NCBI GenBank assembly: GCA_013360215.1
Contig: JABWCP010000018.1
Coordinates: 1-62,016, forward strand
Direction of reading: 5' to 3'
Length of the DNA: 62,016 nt
Source of the DNA: a bacterium
GTDB taxonomy: Bacteria > CLD3 > SB21
The notes beneath the pieces are model-generated. The model worked only from the letters and a program-made list of their open reading frames with translations. It searched no databases and was not told the DNA's origin. The translations under genes were made by a program, and so were the position numbers. This document shows, in pieces, positions 27,622 to 38,505 of the stretch (position 1 is its first letter; every line of letters starts with the position of its first letter).

Positions 27622-30600
27622 GAATTACTCAGCGCTCCTGTTTTCGGGTGGATTCGTCGAATTTCTTCTATTAAATCTTCCGTTTTGTATGTTGCTTTTT
27701 GCATCAATGCACGTACATGCATACGCAGCCGTTCGCGTTCTTCGGCCGTCAGGTCTTTAGCCGTCAAAATAATGATGGGTATTTCACGCAGCGTTTCTTC
27801 ATTACGCATAGCTTCTACTACTTCAAAACCGGACATTTCCGGCATCATCAGATCCAGCAGCACCAGATCAATCGCCGCGCCGTGCATCATAACAAGCGCC
27901 TCTCTGCCGCCATGCGCACGCAAAACACGGAACCCGTTTTTATACAAAAAACTTTCAAGTATGCTCAGCGCATTCGGATCGTCATCCACGATGAGTATCT
28001 GACGAATTTCGCCTGTGATACGGCGCATGCGCAACTGGCCTATACGATGGATCAAGCGCTCACGATCAATCGGCTTGGTAAAATAATCTTCCGCTTTAAG
28101 ACTGTAGGCCAACTCTTTATTCTCTGCTACCGACACGATAAATACCGGAATATCCGACGTATCGGCATCATTTTTTAATTCCTGCAGTATCTGCCAGCCG
28201 TCTTTGCCGGGTAACATAATGTCCAGTGTAATGGCCATCGGCTTGAGTCGCCGCGCTTCTTCCAGAGCTTCTGAGCCGTTGCGCACATGCGCAACACGAT
28301 AACCGGCTATTTCAAGATAGCGTCGGAGCAGGCTGGCCGACTGTGGATCATCTTCGATCATCAAAATCAATGATTGATGCGTAAGATCCACCGGCATTTC
28401 CGACATAACTTCTTGCGAGGATCCTGCAACGGCGCGCGGGATGGTAAAACGAAATGTGCTACCGTGATGGATTTCACTTTCGACGCTGATTTTGCCGCCA
28501 TGCATTTCGATCAATCGCCGACACAACGCCAAACCAAGCCCCGTGCCCTGCTCCGCACGGGCATGGCTTCCATCAATCTGCCGAAACTCTTCAAAAATCA
28601 AATCCAGATTTTCCGGCGCAATTCCTTTTCCATGATCATGTACGGCGATCTCTACCATATCAATCTCATCGGTATTCAACGCTTTTGATGTGACGATGAT
28701 CGCACTGTCGTGCGGAGAAAACTTGATCGCATTGGACAATAAATTAATCAGAACCTGTTTGATCTTGTTTTGATCGGCGTACACAGCCGGCGCATTGGTA
28801 TCTAACTGCCATGACAGCGTTTGATTTTTTCTATTCAAAAGCGGAGCCATCGTATGGTGAACCGATTCCAACAACTCCTCCATAATAAACTGTTGTGGAA
28901 AAAGCTCCATTTTCCCGGCTTCGATTTTGGATAAATCAAGTATATCATTGATTAACATCAACAAGTGGCGACCGCTGTCATGAATGTCACTGAGATTTTG
29001 AAGTTGATCCGCATTTGCCGTATGCCGCATTTCGTCAATAAGCAATTCTGAAAATCCAATAATAGCATTCAACGGCGTTCGCAATTCATGACTCATATTG
29101 GCCAAAAATTCTGATTTCAGGCGATCGGTTTCCATGATTTTGGCATTCATCTCGCTGAGATCTTTTGTACGCTCGGCCACTTTTCTTTCGAGCAACTCTT
29201 TGATTCGATTTACGCGATTGAGGCGTGAACGGTAGAACGAATACGCCACAAGAACAATGACCAATGATGCAAGAATGCGAAACCATACCGTTTTATAAAA
29301 AACAGGAACCACCGTAACCTGCACGGCGATACCTTCATTGTTCCAAATCCCATCGTTATTGGACGCTTTGACCCGAAATGTGTATGTGCCACCATCCAAA
29401 TTAGTATAACCCGCATACCGGCGCGTGCCGCAGTAAATCCAGTCTTCATCAAACCCTTCCATTTTGTACGCGTATTGATTTTTTGTAGGCGCCGTAAAAT
29501 CCAAAGCGGCAAATTCGAACGAAAATGCATTTTCTTTTTGACCCAAGGTCACTTGATCCATCGCGGCTATCGCACCTTGAAGGCGAAGCGGTTTATCAAA
29601 AATTTTAAACGCCGTCAGTACGACCGACGGTACATGCGTATTATCTTTGATTTCTTCAGGAAAAAACGCATTGAATCCGTTGACACCACCAAAAAACAAT
29701 TCGCCGCTTTTACTTTTATGAAACGAAGAACCGTTAAATTCGTCGGCCTGTAATCCGTCATTCGGGTTATAGTTTCTGAATTTTTGGCCGCGTGGGGCAA
29801 GCGGATCAAACCGTGCAAGTCCGCGATTCGTCGAAAGCCAAAGGAAGCCTTTATTATCTTCTAAAACTCCCAATATGACTTCGTTGGGTAAACCATCTTT
29901 AGGTGTGTATCTTTCAAAACTGTTTCTTTGATGGTTCAAACGGTTCAATCCTTCAGTTGTACCGATCCACAATGCGCCATTACGATCTAAACACAACGAA
30001 GAAATTTTATTGGAACTAATCGAAGACGGATTACGAGGATCGTGCGTATAACGCGTAAACGTCATCGTTCGCAGGTTAAGACTATTCAGTCCATTGTCAA
30101 ACGTACCGATCCATAAAATACTATCCTGTACAAGCAGCGCATAGGTGTCATTGGAACTGATACTTTTTCCGTCCGGGCCATCGTATTGATATGACGTAAA
30201 AACATTTTTTTTACGATCAAATCGGTTGAGTCCACCACCGCGTGTAGCGACCCACAGAATGCCATCATGATCTTCCACGATACTACGCACACGATTGTTA
30301 TTAATTGAAGTTGGGTTTTTTGGATCATGACGGAAGTGCGTAAAACGGTCCGTCGCGAAATCATAACGCGACAAACCGCCGCCGGACATACCAAGCCAAA
30401 TTTCGCCGTCACGCGTTTCGTAAATTGTCCAAACGCGTTCAGCGCTTAATCCGGATGCATGTAATTTATTATAACGCCAGTTTTTCCAGTTACCGGTTTT
30501 TCTATCCAAACGATTGAGACCGTCATTAGTACCTACCCATAAATAACCCATTCGATCTTCCAAAATGTCCCAAACATGATTGTGGCTTAACGTATTTTGC

Positions 30601-31709
30601 GAAGTCAACGAGCGACGATACACGCGAAATTTATTCGCTCTGGCATTCCAAATACTTGTTCCGCCGCCCGTTCCTATCCAAACATTGCCCGCATCATCTT
30701 CAAGAACTGAATAAACTCGATTTTCGCTTAAACTGCGCGGATTGAGTTGATCGTTTACAAAACGAACAGCTTCCGATCGTGTCGTATCAAATATTCCGAA
30801 AAGGCCGAAGTTATCTGTGCCGATCCAAACGCGTCCGGCACGATCCGTGGATACTTGGTTTATCGGACCATCCGTCAGAACTTTATTATCCAACTTCGTT
30901 GAAGTGTATTTGGTCATTGTCCCGTTGTCCCAATTGAACAATCCTTTATCCGTACCGATCCAAACTTGACCAGTGATATCTTCGGTTAACGAGGTAACGA
31001 CCACTTCATCACTTTGCGGACGACCGGCGATTTGCATCGAAATGCGAAACCACTGGCCTTGACGATCGCGTACAAATAAACCTCCCAGTTGTGTTCCTGC
31101 CCATACGGTGCCCGAGCGTTCTACACACAATGCCTTTATTTGCCCATACTTTAATTCCGGAACTTCAGAGGCAGGGCGAAAAGTTTCTTTTTCACGATCC
31201 ATATACACGATGCCCCGGCCGGTAGCAATCATAAAATTGCCGATATGATCTTCTAGTATCGCATAAACGTCATTAGACGGCAACGAACCGGCCTGGCCGT
31301 CAGCGATAAAATTACGAAACTGTTCCGTGGTTTGGTTCATGCGTGATAGCCCGCCGCCTTGCGTACCGATCCATAACACATGATGTTTATCTTCGTAAAT
31401 CGTATTGATCCAATTCATAGATATCGAACTACTATCATCCACATCATGTTTGAAAACACTAAACTGATAGCCGTCGTAACGGTTGAGACCATCCTGCGTC
31501 CCAAACCAAATAAATCCGCGATAGTCTTGTACAATGGCATACACATTACTTTGCGACAGGCCGTTTTCTACGGTTAGTCGTTTAAATTCAAATTCACGGG
31601 ATTGTGAAAAAAGAAAGGTAGTTCCGATAAAAAACAACCAAGCGACCAAAATTCGTTTTTTGATCATAGTCATTACTTTCATATCCATCGGCATGGCATT
31701 GCCATGCAC
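27618..31709 (-). CDS. Hybrid sensor histidine kinase: beta-propeller sensor, Y_Y_Y domain, HisKA, HATPase, two receiver domains (start may be ATG 31667)
   Basis: Repeated W.GT..GL propeller blades, YAYKMEGFD, MSHELRTPLN, NLLSNAIKF, GTGLGL, two REC domains. Confidence 0.93.
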   Translation of the reverse strand: MHGNAMPMDMKVMTMIKKRILVAWLFFIGTTFLFSQSREFEFKRLTVENGLSQSNVYAIVQDYRGFIWFGTQDGLNRYDGYQFSVFKHDVDDSSSISMNWINTIYEDKHHVLWIGTQGGGLSRMNQTTEQFRNFIADGQAGSLPSNDVYAILEDHIGNFMIATGRGIVYMDREKETFRPASEVPELKYGQIKALCVERSGTVWAGTQLGGLFVRDRQGQWFRISMQIAGRPQSDEVVVTSLTEDITGQVWIGTDKGLFNWDNGTMTKYTSTKLDNKVLTDGPINQVSTDRAGRVWIGTDNFGLFGIFDTTRSEAVRFVNDQLNPRSLSENRVYSVLEDDAGNVWIGTGGGTSIWNARANKFRVYRRSLTSQNTLSHNHVWDILEDRMGYLWVGTNDGLNRLDRKTGNWKNWRYNKLHASGLSAERVWTIYETRDGEIWLGMSGGGLSRYDFATDRFTHFRHDPKNPTSINNNRVRSIVEDHDGILWVATRGGGLNRFDRKKNVFTSYQYDGPDGKSISSNDTYALLVQDSILWIGTFDNGLNSLNLRTMTFTRYTHDPRNPSSISSNKISSLCLDRNGALWIGTTEGLNRLNHQRNSFERYTPKDGLPNEVILGVLEDNKGFLWLSTNRGLARFDPLAPRGQKFRNYNPNDGLQADEFNGSSFHKSKSGELFFGGVNGFNAFFPEEIKDNTHVPSVVLTAFKIFDKPLRLQGAIAAMDQVTLGQKENAFSFEFAALDFTAPTKNQYAYKMEGFDEDWIYCGTRRYAGYTNLDGGTYTFRVKASNNDGIWNNEGIAVQVTVVPVFYKTVWFRILASLVIVLVAYSFYRSRLNRVNRIKELLERKVAERTKDLSEMNAKIMETDRLKSEFLANMSHELRTPLNAIIGFSELLIDEMRHTANADQLQNLSDIHDSGRHLLMLINDILDLSKIEAGKMELFPQQFIMEELLESVHHTMAPLLNRKNQTLSWQLDTNAPAVYADQNKIKQVLINLLSNAIKFSPHDSAIIVTSKALNTDEIDMVEIAVHDHGKGIAPENLDLIFEEFRQIDGSHARAEQGTGLGLALCRRLIEMHGGKISVESEIHHGSTFRFTIPRAVAGSSQEVMSEMPVDLTHQSLILMIEDDPQSASLLRRYLEIAGYRVAHVRNGSEALEEARRLKPMAITLDIMLPGKDGWQILQELKNDADTSDIPVFIVSVAENKELAYSLKAEDYFTKPIDRERLIHRIGQLRMRRITGEIRQILIVDDDPNALSILESFLYKNGFRVLRAHGGREALVMMHGAAIDLVLLDLMMPEMSGFEVVEAMRNEETLREIPIIILTAKDLTAEERERLRMHVRALMQKATYKTEDLIEEIRRIHPKTGALSNS

Positions 31710-31941
31710 GAACCGTCGAGAACATTAAGAAGTGAGAACATCAGGCAAGCGTTTAAAACTTAACTAATCTCAAGAGCCTGTGCAAGAAAATTAAAAAACT
31801 GGTATTCCAAACCTTTCAAATCATAGTTGAGAATAAGTCTTTTTTTTAATACTAAATACCATTTGGCATGATGGATGTTTTTCGTTTTATACATCGGAAA
31901 ACAACATTAGACAACCTATCTCCTTCGCAAAGGACATCTCT

Positions 31942-32808
31942 GTGATTCGACCCCGCAACGCCACACTGCGTAAACGAAAACAGCTTTTGGATAACCTTTA
32001 TAACGCATTTGATGCGTCCTATATCGCCAGCGATCCGATCCAAATGGTTCACCGTTTTGAGCAACCGTGTGATCAGGAAATTACAGCCGTACTGGCATCC
32101 GCCATGGCGTTCGGTCAGGTAGCACAAATCAACAAGGCATTATCTTCTGTGCTAACACTTATGAATAATCAGCCGCATTATTACGTTACCCATTTTGATC
32201 CCGAGCGTGAATTACCACGCTGGCAAAAATGGTACTATCGCATGATCCGGCCGGAAGACGTTTTACGTGTCCTATACGCTTTGAAAATCATTTTACAAAA
32301 ACATCAAACACTTGGAAAATGGATTGAGTCACACTATCGAAATGAAGATGTACATCTAGGTATCACATGGAGCCGATGTGTGGATGAATTGAAAGACACC
32401 GATAAAAAACATTGGCAATGGCGGCGTGCACTCGGCGTAGGATTTACTTTTCTTTTGGCTGATCCGTCCAAAAAAAGCGCCTGTAAACGTGCATTTTTGA
32501 TGTTGCGATGGATGGTGCGCAAGGATAGTATTGATTTAGGATTATGGAATCTACCGACGTCGAAATTACTTATTCCCGTAGATACCCATATTCAGCGGAT
32601 TGCACTTTATATCGGCTTAACCAAACGTACGGATACTTCCCAAAAAACGGCGATAGAGATTACCGACACGTTAAAAAAATTAGACGCGATAGATCCTGTA
32701 AAATACGACTTTGCGATTTGTCGTCTCGGCATTCTCAAAATGTGTCCGCGCAAACGACGGATCGTTCAATGCCATGCCTGTCCTATCTATGATATCTGTT
32801 TGCTGTGA
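31942..32808 (+). CDS. TIGR02757/DUF2400-like protein (HhH-GPD related)
   Basis: SDPIQ, SACKR...LRWMVR.D..DLGLW, IPVDTHI, DPVKYDFA, C-terminal Cys cluster. Confidence 0.85.
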   Translation: MIRPRNATLRKRKQLLDNLYNAFDASYIASDPIQMVHRFEQPCDQEITAVLASAMAFGQVAQINKALSSVLTLMNNQPHYYVTHFDPERELPRWQKWYYRMIRPEDVLRVLYALKIILQKHQTLGKWIESHYRNEDVHLGITWSRCVDELKDTDKKHWQWRRALGVGFTFLLADPSKKSACKRAFLMLRWMVRKDSIDLGLWNLPTSKLLIPVDTHIQRIALYIGLTKRTDTSQKTAIEITDTLKKLDAIDPVKYDFAICRLGILKMCPRKRRIVQCHACPIYDICLL

Positions 32809-32873
32809 GAAAAAATGAGGTATGAAACGTGCCGTGGAAGAGAATGAAACAATGCAGATTTTTGAGAATTTTT

Positions 32874-33293
32874 TTATTTATTCGACGGTTGTGCGGATTC
32901 GGTATCCGGTTCAAATTTTTCACATTGATCATCCAATGCCACCGTGGCGCGGGTCAACTGGCAAGCGTAGGTAAAATCCATTTCCGGGCGATCCAAACTG
33001 ACATACGATAATCTGTATTTACACGCCAGACACGAAACGCCGTGCGAGGGGTTGGAGCGAATGGCTTTATTTCGCAACTGCCGCATCACATCCTGATTGT
33101 TCACCGCCAATGATGCGCTTTTGGAGTGCGTTTTGGAAATCTCTTTAAAAAACACATTCATGAGCTGAATGAATTGGCTCGCTTGTGTAAGCGAACGACG
33201 CACACGATACAGGATGTATGACTGAATGGCCAATACGATGATAAAAAGCAAAAAAAGAATATTGATAAGCAGTTCGGATTGCGAAAAATGCAT
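32874..33293 (-). CDS. Hypothetical membrane-anchored protein with a 4-Cys C-terminal motif
   Basis: N-terminal TM helix; CLACKYR...YACQL...QCEKF. Confidence 0.6.
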   Translation of the reverse strand: MHFSQSELLINILFLLFIIVLAIQSYILYRVRRSLTQASQFIQLMNVFFKEISKTHSKSASLAVNNQDVMRQLRNKAIRSNPSHGVSCLACKYRLSYVSLDRPEMDFTYACQLTRATVALDDQCEKFEPDTESAQPSNK

Positions 33294-33348
33294 AGAGTTT
33301 CCTTTCTTTGCTAAGATAATTCACGTGGCGCGTAAAAGCAATCCGGGT

Positions 33349-33933
33349 TTATTTTTTTACAACCGCCACACATGAGCGAAACTCTTCAGTCGTCATCGCT
33401 CGCCACGAACCGGGTTGTAATCCCTCCAATGACAAGCTCATGATGCCCACACGCAATAAACGAAGCGTCGGGAAACCAGCTGCCGCTGTCATCCGCCGCA
33501 CTTGGCGGTTTCGACCTTCGGTGAGTACCAACTCAACCCACGTCGTCGGAATATTTTTTCTGTAGCGGATAGGCGGATTGCGAATCGGATGATCCGGTGG
33601 CGGTTCCAATACCGTCACCCGTGCCGGCAATGTGGGTTTACCGTCCAATAGAATTCCGTGCCGCATTTTATCCAACGCTCCGTCATTAGGAATTCCCTCC
33701 ACCTGCGCATGATAGGTGCGCGCATGGCCGTAACGCGGTTCGATCAAGCGATGTTGAAAATCACCGTCATCGGTGAGGATCAACAGCCCCTCGCTGTCCG
33801 TGTCCAAACGACCGACCGGATATACGTTTTTTGGAAATTTGAACTCTGCTAAGGAAGGATGTTTTTCATGCGGTGAAAACTGGCAAATAACACCGTACGG
33901 TTTATAAAAAAGTATGTATTGAAACCGCGTCAA
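33349..33933 (-). CDS. rluE: rRNA pseudouridine synthase (RsuA family, RluE-like)
   Basis: YKPYGVICQF, GRLDTDSEGLL, EGRNRQVRRMTA. Confidence 0.85.
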   Translation of the reverse strand: MTRFQYILFYKPYGVICQFSPHEKHPSLAEFKFPKNVYPVGRLDTDSEGLLILTDDGDFQHRLIEPRYGHARTYHAQVEGIPNDGALDKMRHGILLDGKPTLPARVTVLEPPPDHPIRNPPIRYRKNIPTTWVELVLTEGRNRQVRRMTAAAGFPTLRLLRVGIMSLSLEGLQPGSWRAMTTEEFRSCVAVVKK

Positions 33934-33936
33934 AGG

Positions 33937-35388
33937 TTATGCTAAAAGTCCAAGTTTTTTCATACGCATGACAAGTGTCGTGCGTTTCATACCGAGTAAT
34001 TTAGACGCTTCGGCTTTATTTTCGCCCGTTTGATGCAGCACAAACCGTATATACTCCCGTTCCATATCTTCGATCGGAAGCAGCGCACTCACACCGAAAA
34101 CCGTACCCCCTTCGGGCAAAACAGGCACCACCGCCGACCGCTTGACTTTGAGCAATTCGTCAGGAATGTCGCCCATCTCCAAATGGCTACCCTCCGCGAA
34201 CACCATCATGCGATGAATGATGTTTTTTAATTCGCGGATATTGCCTTTCCATTCCAAAGACGACAAATGATCCATCGCCTCGCGGGAAATCGAAACAATG
34301 GATTTGGCCGATTTTTTATTGTACTCATTGATAAAATAATTGATTAATAACGGAATATCGTCGCGGCGATCACGTAAGGGCGGCAAAGCGATCGGAAGCA
34401 CATTGAGACGGTAAAACAAATCGCTGCGAAAACGTTCTGTTTTGCATTCTTCGACGAGTTCCCGATTACTGGCGGCAATAACGCGCACATTGACCGGGCG
34501 TGATTTGGTATCGCCGATGCGCCGAATCTCACGCTCCTGCAAAACCCGCAACAGACGCGCCTGCAACGGCAAACTGGTGTTTGATATTTCATCCAAAAAA
34601 ATCGTTCCGCCGTCGGCTTCTTCAAAAAGTCCTTTACGATCCGCTACGGCGCCCGTAAAAGCGCCTTTGACGTGACCGAACAGTTCACTCTCCAACAGCG
34701 ATTCGGACAACGCACCGCAATCCACCGCTACCATCGGAAAATTCTGACGTTGACTGTTATGATGAATGGCCCGCGCAACAAGCTCTTTGCCCGTACCGCT
34801 TTCGCCGGTAATCAGCACGGTCTCATCGGCAAGTGATGCAGCCTTGATGATGCGCCGAATCTGATTCATACTCGGACTGACGCTGACGATATTGTCCAGA
34901 GCATATTCTTTTTCGATCTCGGACTTGAGAAGAATGATTTCTTTCTGAAGTTTTTCTTTTTCCAGCTGAAGCCGGGTGATGTCATCAATACGCTGCGCGT
35001 TGGCAAGATTTTCTTCGTATTTTTCGATCGCCGCATGCACATCCCACATGAGCGCTTCACTATCCCACGGCTTGGTGATGTAACGGAAAATTTCACCCTC
35101 ATTGATCGAAGCGACCAAATCGGAAATGTCCGTGTACGCCGTAAGTACGATGCGCACAATGGTGGGGTATTGCTCCTTGATTCGTTTGAGCAACTCGACA
35201 CCGGTGATTTTGGGCATTTTCTGATCAACGATAGCGACCGCCACGCTGTGTTGCTGCAGCAGCTCCAAAGCCTCCAGCGCACCTTTAGCGGTATACACCT
35301 GATACTTTTCTTCGAAAAGTTTCGACAGGATATTTAATATGACCGGTTCGTCATCAACGCAGAGGATACTGTGGCGTTTGGACGTCAT
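33937..35388 (-). CDS. Sigma-54-dependent response regulator (NtrC/HupR-like)
   Basis: REC domain (DQKMP), GESGTGKE, GAFTGA, FLDEI, Fis-type HTH; start at the ATGA overlap with the rlmD stop. Confidence 0.93.
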   Translation of the reverse strand: MTSKRHSILCVDDEPVILNILSKLFEEKYQVYTAKGALEALELLQQHSVAVAIVDQKMPKITGVELLKRIKEQYPTIVRIVLTAYTDISDLVASINEGEIFRYITKPWDSEALMWDVHAAIEKYEENLANAQRIDDITRLQLEKEKLQKEIILLKSEIEKEYALDNIVSVSPSMNQIRRIIKAASLADETVLITGESGTGKELVARAIHHNSQRQNFPMVAVDCGALSESLLESELFGHVKGAFTGAVADRKGLFEEADGGTIFLDEISNTSLPLQARLLRVLQEREIRRIGDTKSRPVNVRVIAASNRELVEECKTERFRSDLFYRLNVLPIALPPLRDRRDDIPLLINYFINEYNKKSAKSIVSISREAMDHLSSLEWKGNIRELKNIIHRMMVFAEGSHLEMGDIPDELLKVKRSAVVPVLPEGGTVFGVSALLPIEDMEREYIRFVLHQTGENKAEASKLLGMKRTTLVMRMKKLGLLA

Positions 35389-36791
35389 ACGTTTTTTCTC
35401 ATTTGTACGATATTCTCTATATGGTATGTGTGCGGAAACATATCTACCGGTTGTACACGTTCGATGGTATAATGCGCTTGCATCAGAGCAAGGTCGCGCG
35501 CTTGCGTAGAAGGATTGCAACTAACGTACACTATTTTATCCGGCGCCAAACGCATCACACTTCGAATGACATCTTCGTGTAACCCGGAACGCGGCGGATC
35601 GAGTATCACCACATCCGCTTTGGTTTGCAACGTATCCAGTGTCGTACGCATATCACCGTTAATAAACCGGCAATTGTCGGCGCGGTTTCGTGTGGCGTTT
35701 TTTTCCGCATTGCGGGTTGCACTTTCGATTAACTCTATACCGATCACTTCACGCGCCCGGTCGGCAATATATATCGCGATACTGCCGGTACCGCAATACA
35801 AATCCAAAACTACTTCATGACCTTTCAGATCCGCCATTTCACGGATGGTGCGATATAGCACCTCTGCGCCCAATGTATTGGTCTGAAAGAACGAACTGGA
35901 TGATATTTCAAATTCAAGACCGTCTAATTTTTCCGTGATCACGCTTTGTCCATGCAAAAGATTTTCGCGTTCGGCGAACGCTACTTGCGATTTACGGTCG
36001 GTGATCCCGTTGATCAGGCTGGTAATTTGCGGAAACTTATTTATGATCGCCTGTTTAAATTCCTTCATAATCTCCGGCTGATCCGAATACGTCATAACAT
36101 TGACCATCAAATGGCCGGTATGTACGGTTTCGCGAATAATCAAGAAACGCCAGAAGCCTTCGTTGGTCTGCACGGAGTACGGCGGTAATCCGCTACGCTG
36201 TGCAAAATCGCGCACAAAGGCGAGAATATCGTTAGCCAAAGGCGATTGCAAATAGCACTGATCAATGTGAAGAATTTTATCGAACCGTTGAGGAACGTGC
36301 ATACCGAGCATAAACGAACGCGGCGGCCCTTCCGATGTTTTATCTACAACCCACTCCGTATCGCCGAAAGTAAACTCCATTTTGTTACGGTAATGAAAAA
36401 TGCGCGGCGATCCGAGCGGTGCGGGTATATCAAGTCCTTTAAAACCGCCGATGCGTTCAAAAACATCAATCACGTTACGGCGTTTAAATTCCAACTGTGC
36501 ATCATAATCCACATCCTGCCATTTGCATCCGCCGCATATTCCGTAATGCGTGCAGGCGTGATCTACGCGAAAACGCGAAGGTTCGATAATTTGCAGCGAT
36601 CGGGCTTCGGCAAAATTTTTCTTCTTTTTCATTACCCGGGCTTGTACGCGATCGCCGGTAATGGCACCCTCCACAAACACGACAAAATCATGATAACGCG
36701 CCACGCCTTGACCGCCAAACGTGACCGTTTCGATATCAAGCGTCACATCGTCGCCTTTGCGCAGGATCGGTATGTCCGTCGTTTCGATCAT
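35385..36791 (-). CDS. rlmD: 23S rRNA m5U1939 methyltransferase
   Basis: TRAM domain, CGGC, YRNKMEF, FFQTN, DLYCGTG, DPPRSG, YVSCNP, DMFPHT.HIE. Confidence 0.92.
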   Translation of the reverse strand: MIETTDIPILRKGDDVTLDIETVTFGGQGVARYHDFVVFVEGAITGDRVQARVMKKKKNFAEARSLQIIEPSRFRVDHACTHYGICGGCKWQDVDYDAQLEFKRRNVIDVFERIGGFKGLDIPAPLGSPRIFHYRNKMEFTFGDTEWVVDKTSEGPPRSFMLGMHVPQRFDKILHIDQCYLQSPLANDILAFVRDFAQRSGLPPYSVQTNEGFWRFLIIRETVHTGHLMVNVMTYSDQPEIMKEFKQAIINKFPQITSLINGITDRKSQVAFAERENLLHGQSVITEKLDGLEFEISSSSFFQTNTLGAEVLYRTIREMADLKGHEVVLDLYCGTGSIAIYIADRAREVIGIELIESATRNAEKNATRNRADNCRFINGDMRTTLDTLQTKADVVILDPPRSGLHEDVIRSVMRLAPDKIVYVSCNPSTQARDLALMQAHYTIERVQPVDMFPHTYHIENIVQMRKNV

Positions 36792-38392
36792 TTTTTCTTG
36801 GCCGGTTCCAGTTCGTATTGCAATGTATAATTTTGATCCGGTGTAAAGTTACGTTCAATGGCACTCGTCACATAACCTTCTTTTTGCAGGAATATTTTAT
36901 GCAAACCCGTTTTTACTGAAGGAAAAATCAAACCCGTCGGAGATTTGCCGAGCGGTTTGGACTTGAGGTCATCCAAATGCACCGATACGCCGGCCGGTTC
37001 AGAAATAACGGCAAATCCGTAACGACGCGACTCCGGACGAACACCGTCCAACGAAGCTGCAATTTTGGTCAGATCCAAATTGAGAGCTTTGGATTCGTCC
37101 GCACCGTCGAGTGTAAAATTATATTCATAGGTGTGGTACAAAAGCGGAAAACGAATTTTAATCGCGTTGCGTCCGGGTTGTAAATTATCAATAATCAACG
37201 ATCCGCCAAAATTATCATCCAATGGAAATTCCGAATCATTGACATAGACACGTGTATCTTTGATCGTCTGACGATCGGAGCGTACACTCAGCGCTAAACG
37301 GCCATACGGATCATAATTACCCAGCGGATGATCACTGGGCCAAAAAAGATATGCCAGAACACACAAGATAACCAGTGCGGCGCTGCCCAAGACGAGGTGA
37401 CGCTTATTCAGAACAAAATTATTGTTTTTTTCCGTATCGACCGGGCGTGTTGAGGTTTCCGCTGTTTCCACAGACACCGGAGCCGGCAAAACAAATACAT
37501 TCATGTCCACAATTTTATCTTTGGTGGTTGCCGCTTCGTAATAACGAACCAACCAATCACGAATTTCTATTTGCGACATGGATTGAAGATATTTGTTGAG
37601 ATCTTTGATAATCTCACTCGTCGTCGCATATCGTTGTCGGAGACTTTTGACCATAGCCCGGTGCACAATATCGACCAATGCGGGCGGCAAGTGCGGATGT
37701 GTCTCGGATAGCGGCGTAAATTTCCCCTGCGCGATCAGCGAAATCAGAGTCATGTTGGTATCGGCCGTGTACGGCTTTTTACCGGTCAGCATTTCATACA
37801 TCATAATACCGAGACTGTACACATCGCTTTGCGGTGTGAGCTGATCGCCCGAGGCCTGTTCCGGCGACATATATGACGGTGTGCCAACGATCACGCCGGT
37901 CGCGGTCAGGTGACTTTTTCCGGCATCTTCTTCATGTTTGGCGATACCAAAATCCATCAGTTTGACTTGCCCGTTTTTTCCGAGACGGACATTGCTGGGT
38001 TTGATATCGCGATGAATAATTCCGTTTTCGTGCATGTGTTCCAGGCCACGGCACACTTCGCGAGCGATCATGGCGACAATCATCGGAGGAATCGTCGTTT
38101 TGGATTTGATGATCGGGCTGATATCAACGCCGTCAACGTACTCCATCACCAGATAATGATTATTCTGATCATCGGTAAAATAATCAAAGATCGCCGGGAG
38201 GTTTTCTTGTTTGAGTGTCGCCGACAACCGGGCTTCGCGTTCAAAGCGGCGCACTTTATCTTTTTGTTCGCCCTTCACGACTTTGATAGCGACGAGACGT
38301 TCCAACGCAGGATGCCGTCCAAGAAAAACGGTCGCCATACCGCCAACGCCGATTTGTTTGATGAAGTCGTAACTTTGATTGAGATTTGCCAT
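36788..38392 (-). CDS. Membrane-bound Ser/Thr protein kinase with C-terminal PEGA-like domain
   Basis: GVGGMATV, VAIK, HRDIKPSN, DFGIA, GTPSYMSPEQ; TM helix; SEPAGVSV..D...G.SP. Confidence 0.92.
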   Translation of the reverse strand: MANLNQSYDFIKQIGVGGMATVFLGRHPALERLVAIKVVKGEQKDKVRRFEREARLSATLKQENLPAIFDYFTDDQNNHYLVMEYVDGVDISPIIKSKTTIPPMIVAMIAREVCRGLEHMHENGIIHRDIKPSNVRLGKNGQVKLMDFGIAKHEEDAGKSHLTATGVIVGTPSYMSPEQASGDQLTPQSDVYSLGIMMYEMLTGKKPYTADTNMTLISLIAQGKFTPLSETHPHLPPALVDIVHRAMVKSLRQRYATTSEIIKDLNKYLQSMSQIEIRDWLVRYYEAATTKDKIVDMNVFVLPAPVSVETAETSTRPVDTEKNNNFVLNKRHLVLGSAALVILCVLAYLFWPSDHPLGNYDPYGRLALSVRSDRQTIKDTRVYVNDSEFPLDDNFGGSLIIDNLQPGRNAIKIRFPLLYHTYEYNFTLDGADESKALNLDLTKIAASLDGVRPESRRYGFAVISEPAGVSVHLDDLKSKPLGKSPTGLIFPSVKTGLHKIFLQKEGYVTSAIERNFTPDQNYTLQYELEPAKKK

Positions 38393-38444
38393 AGTACTCG
38401 TCTGCCGCACCGCCGGATGCGTTATGTTTGATAGATTACGTTAT

Positions 38445-38475
38445 AAAAAAAGGGGCTGTTTTTGTGAACAGCCCC
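38445..38475 (-). terminator. Intrinsic terminator after hpf
   Basis: GGGGCTGTT/AACAGCCCC stem followed by a U-tract on the minus strand. Confidence 0.8.
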
Positions 38476-38505
38476 AATGTAATGGATTCTTAAGGGATTT
38501 CAAAA

